Positions 35,524-37,423 of a DNA stretch of 37,423 nucleotides are shown one piece after another (the stretch's first letter is position 1; each line of letters opens with the position of its first letter). The position numbers were made by a program, and so were the translations under genes. This stretch comes from Eubacteriales bacterium (GTDB lineage Bacteria > Bacillota > Clostridia > JAQUNY01), in NCBI GenBank assembly GCA_028717405.1, contig JAQUNY010000001.1:1-37423 (forward strand), read 5' to 3'. The notes beneath the pieces are model-generated. The model was not told where the DNA came from and searched no databases. It worked only from the letters and a program-made list of their open reading frames with translations.

Positions 35524-36419
35524 TCTGCAGCCTTTCTGCCAAGCATGTTAAATATGATGTTTATTGCAAGAATGAATATAAACAGGACCACTCCTGTCGC
35601 AATCAGGGCCCCTCTGTGCAGATCGGCGGCATATCCCATCTCAAGCACGATATTTGCCGTCATTGTTCTCACTCCTTTTAATATGCTTACAGGCATTCTG
35701 GCCTGATTGCCTGCAATCATTATCACAGCCATGGTTTCCCCGACAGCCCTTCCTGTTCCAAGCACGACTGAGGCCAGGATCCCCGACCTTGCCGCCGGGA
35801 GAACAGATGTAAAAACGGCACGTTCATGAGTCGCCCCAAGAGCAAGAGCTCCTTCATAATACTGTTCAGGTACCGCTTTCAGCGCCGCCTCACTAACTCC
35901 GGCTATTGTCGGTAATATCATGATCCCCAGAAGCAATGAAGCAGTCAATATACTGTAGCCATTTCCCCCGAAAATATTTCTGATAAAAGGTACAAGCACC
36001 ATCAGTCCGAAAAAGCCGTAAACCACCGAAGGAATACCGGCAAGCAGTTCCAATGCAGGTTTCAGGAAACCGTAAAATTTGCGCGGACAATAATGCGACA
36101 TAAAAACCGCAGTCAATAATCCAACCGGCACCCCCAGCAATATTGCGCCGGTGGTTACGGCAAGACTGCCGGCAATCATAGGCAGGATGCCGTATGACGC
36201 CGGGACATCTCCCGGCGCCCATAGCGTACCAGTCAGGAAATCTTTAATACCTATCTCATACATTGCCGGGAAACCGTTGATAAACAGAAATATACAAATA
36301 AGGAGCACCGATACTACCGACGCCGATGCGGCTACCATGAAAACCATTTTCATTATATTTTCAGAGGCCAGTCTTTTGGCTTCCCCGTCTTTGTCCGGTT
36401 TTTTCCTGTTTTCATCCAT
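35520..36419 (-). CDS. pstC: Phosphate ABC transporter permease PstC
   Basis: 299-aa polytopic membrane protein with the loop EAALKAVPEQYYEGALALGATHERAVFTSVLP. It is the first permease after pstS. Confidence 0.9.
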   Translation of the reverse strand: MDENRKKPDKDGEAKRLASENIMKMVFMVAASASVVSVLLICIFLFINGFPAMYEIGIKDFLTGTLWAPGDVPASYGILPMIAGSLAVTTGAILLGVPVGLLTAVFMSHYCPRKFYGFLKPALELLAGIPSVVYGFFGLMVLVPFIRNIFGGNGYSILTASLLLGIMILPTIAGVSEAALKAVPEQYYEGALALGATHERAVFTSVLPAARSGILASVVLGTGRAVGETMAVIMIAGNQARMPVSILKGVRTMTANIVLEMGYAADLHRGALIATGVVLFIFILAINIIFNMLGRKAAE

Positions 36420-36421
36420 AT

Positions 36422-37351
36422 TTATTTACTATTTACCTCATCCCAGCTTTCGATCTCTCCGATATAAATTTTTCTTACATCTGAGCTTTTCAGTCCATCC
36501 AGAGGATTTGAGTTGTTAACGATCACCGCTATCCCGTCAAGAGCTATTGCCAGAGGATCAAGCTCTTCAAGCTCGCTGGCCTTGAGCTCGCGGCTTGCCA
36601 TACCTATGTCGCATGTCCCATCCCTGGCTGCTGTCATTCCGGCTGTCGAATCACTGGTCTGTACCTCTATGACAGCACCGGTATTGACCACCCTGTAGGC
36701 TTCTACCAGTTTTTCCATTATAGGTGACACTGACGATGAACCTGCTATTACAAGTTTTCCTGAAGGCTTAGATCCGCTGTACATCTCCGCCGCATCATTC
36801 ACGGCAATATAGCCTTTAGCTACAACAGCCTGGCCTTCCCTGCTCATGACAAATGCGATAAAATCTTCAGCCAAAGCTGAAATGACCCCTTTCCTAACGG
36901 CTACATTAAACGGCCTCGCTACATTGTATGATTTATTTTTAATGTTTTCAACACTTGCTGCGGCGCCATCTATGGAAAGCGCTTTGACAGAGTCGTTTAG
37001 TGAACCCAGTGATATATAGCCGATCGAATATTTATCTCCGGCAACACCTGTAAGAACCACATCTGTTTTGTTAGCTATTATGGCTTCAACAGTTGTACGG
37101 TCTGTCTTTTTCCCGTCAGTGCCTTTTTCTTCTATCCCCATGAGTTCGATAAAAGCTCCCCTTGTTCCGGATCCGCCTTCACGCGATATCACATTAATCT
37201 GCCTTGAGCTGTCAAATGTGTCATTATCTGCACCCGGAGATGAGCACCCTGTAAGCGCCGTTAAGAAAATCACTGCCGCTGCTGCTGCAGCCAGTTTCTT
37301 TACTTTTTCCCCCATGGGAATTTCCTTTCTCATTTTAAACATATTAAACAT
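36422..37351 (-). CDS. pstS: Phosphate ABC transporter substrate-binding lipoprotein PstS
   Basis: It has a signal peptide with the lipobox LTGCSS. The PstS/PBP-like sequences GSGTRG..., GYISLG and IAGSSSVSP follow. Two starts are plausible, ATG 37351 (RBS AAGGGG) and ATG 37315 (RBS AAGGA). Confidence 0.9.
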   Translation of the reverse strand: MFNMFKMRKEIPMGEKVKKLAAAAAAVIFLTALTGCSSPGADNDTFDSSRQINVISREGGSGTRGAFIELMGIEEKGTDGKKTDRTTVEAIIANKTDVVLTGVAGDKYSIGYISLGSLNDSVKALSIDGAAASVENIKNKSYNVARPFNVAVRKGVISALAEDFIAFVMSREGQAVVAKGYIAVNDAAEMYSGSKPSGKLVIAGSSSVSPIMEKLVEAYRVVNTGAVIEVQTSDSTAGMTAARDGTCDIGMASRELKASELEELDPLAIALDGIAVIVNNSNPLDGLKSSDVRKIYIGEIESWDEVNSK

Positions 37352-37385
37352 ATTCTTACCCCTTTCCGAACATTTTTATTTTATC

Positions 37386-37415
37386 TTTATATGCAATATA
37401 TCGCAAGATTGTTAA
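37386..37415 (-). promoter_or_regulatory. Candidate pstS promoter (at the window edge)
   Basis: On the minus strand, TTAACA (37415..37410) is followed by an 18-nt spacer and TATAAA (37391..37386). The window ends 8 nt further upstream, so Pho-box repeats cannot be assessed. Confidence 0.3.
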
Positions 37416-37423
37416 ACCAACAT

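Overview
This 37.4 kb window looks like chromosomal DNA from a Firmicutes or Clostridia-type organism. That inference rests on AGGAGG-type ribosome binding sites, a CtsR operator, gene content and strong strand bias. I call 25 protein-coding genes, 23 of them on the minus strand. I found no rRNA, tRNA, CRISPR array, transposase, integrase or prophage genes.

From left to right the window contains:
- A ThuA plus Gfo/Idh/MocA oxidoreductase pair with an AraC regulator.
- An M24 Xaa-Pro peptidase.
- A LemA plus TPM-domain membrane pair, followed by another Gfo/Idh/MocA oxidoreductase.
- A VOC (glyoxalase-fold) gene, recD2 and clpB. clpB has a textbook CtsR operator upstream.
- serS.
- A third Gfo/Idh/MocA oxidoreductase with a xylose-isomerase-like TIM-barrel enzyme and a divergent AraC regulator.
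- An OmpR-type two-component system.
- gdhA.

The most interesting locus is a minus-strand run from 37351 down to 21835. It begins with pstS-pstC-pstA-pstB-phoU. Next comes a single 2558-aa bimodular NRPS with the architecture starter C-A-T-C-A-T-reductase. The NRPS stop codon overlaps the start codon of a 7TM-type sensor histidine kinase, which is followed by a REC-GAF-HD-GYP response regulator.

The NRPS is predicted to release an N-acylated dipeptide aldehyde. My hand-read specificity code for module 2 is one residue away from the classic proline code. The physical coupling of this synthetase to a c-di-GMP-type two-component output and to the phosphate-starvation operon is the best candidate for an undescribed system.

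All domain and motif calls come from reading the translations and from remembered family motifs. No searches were run.
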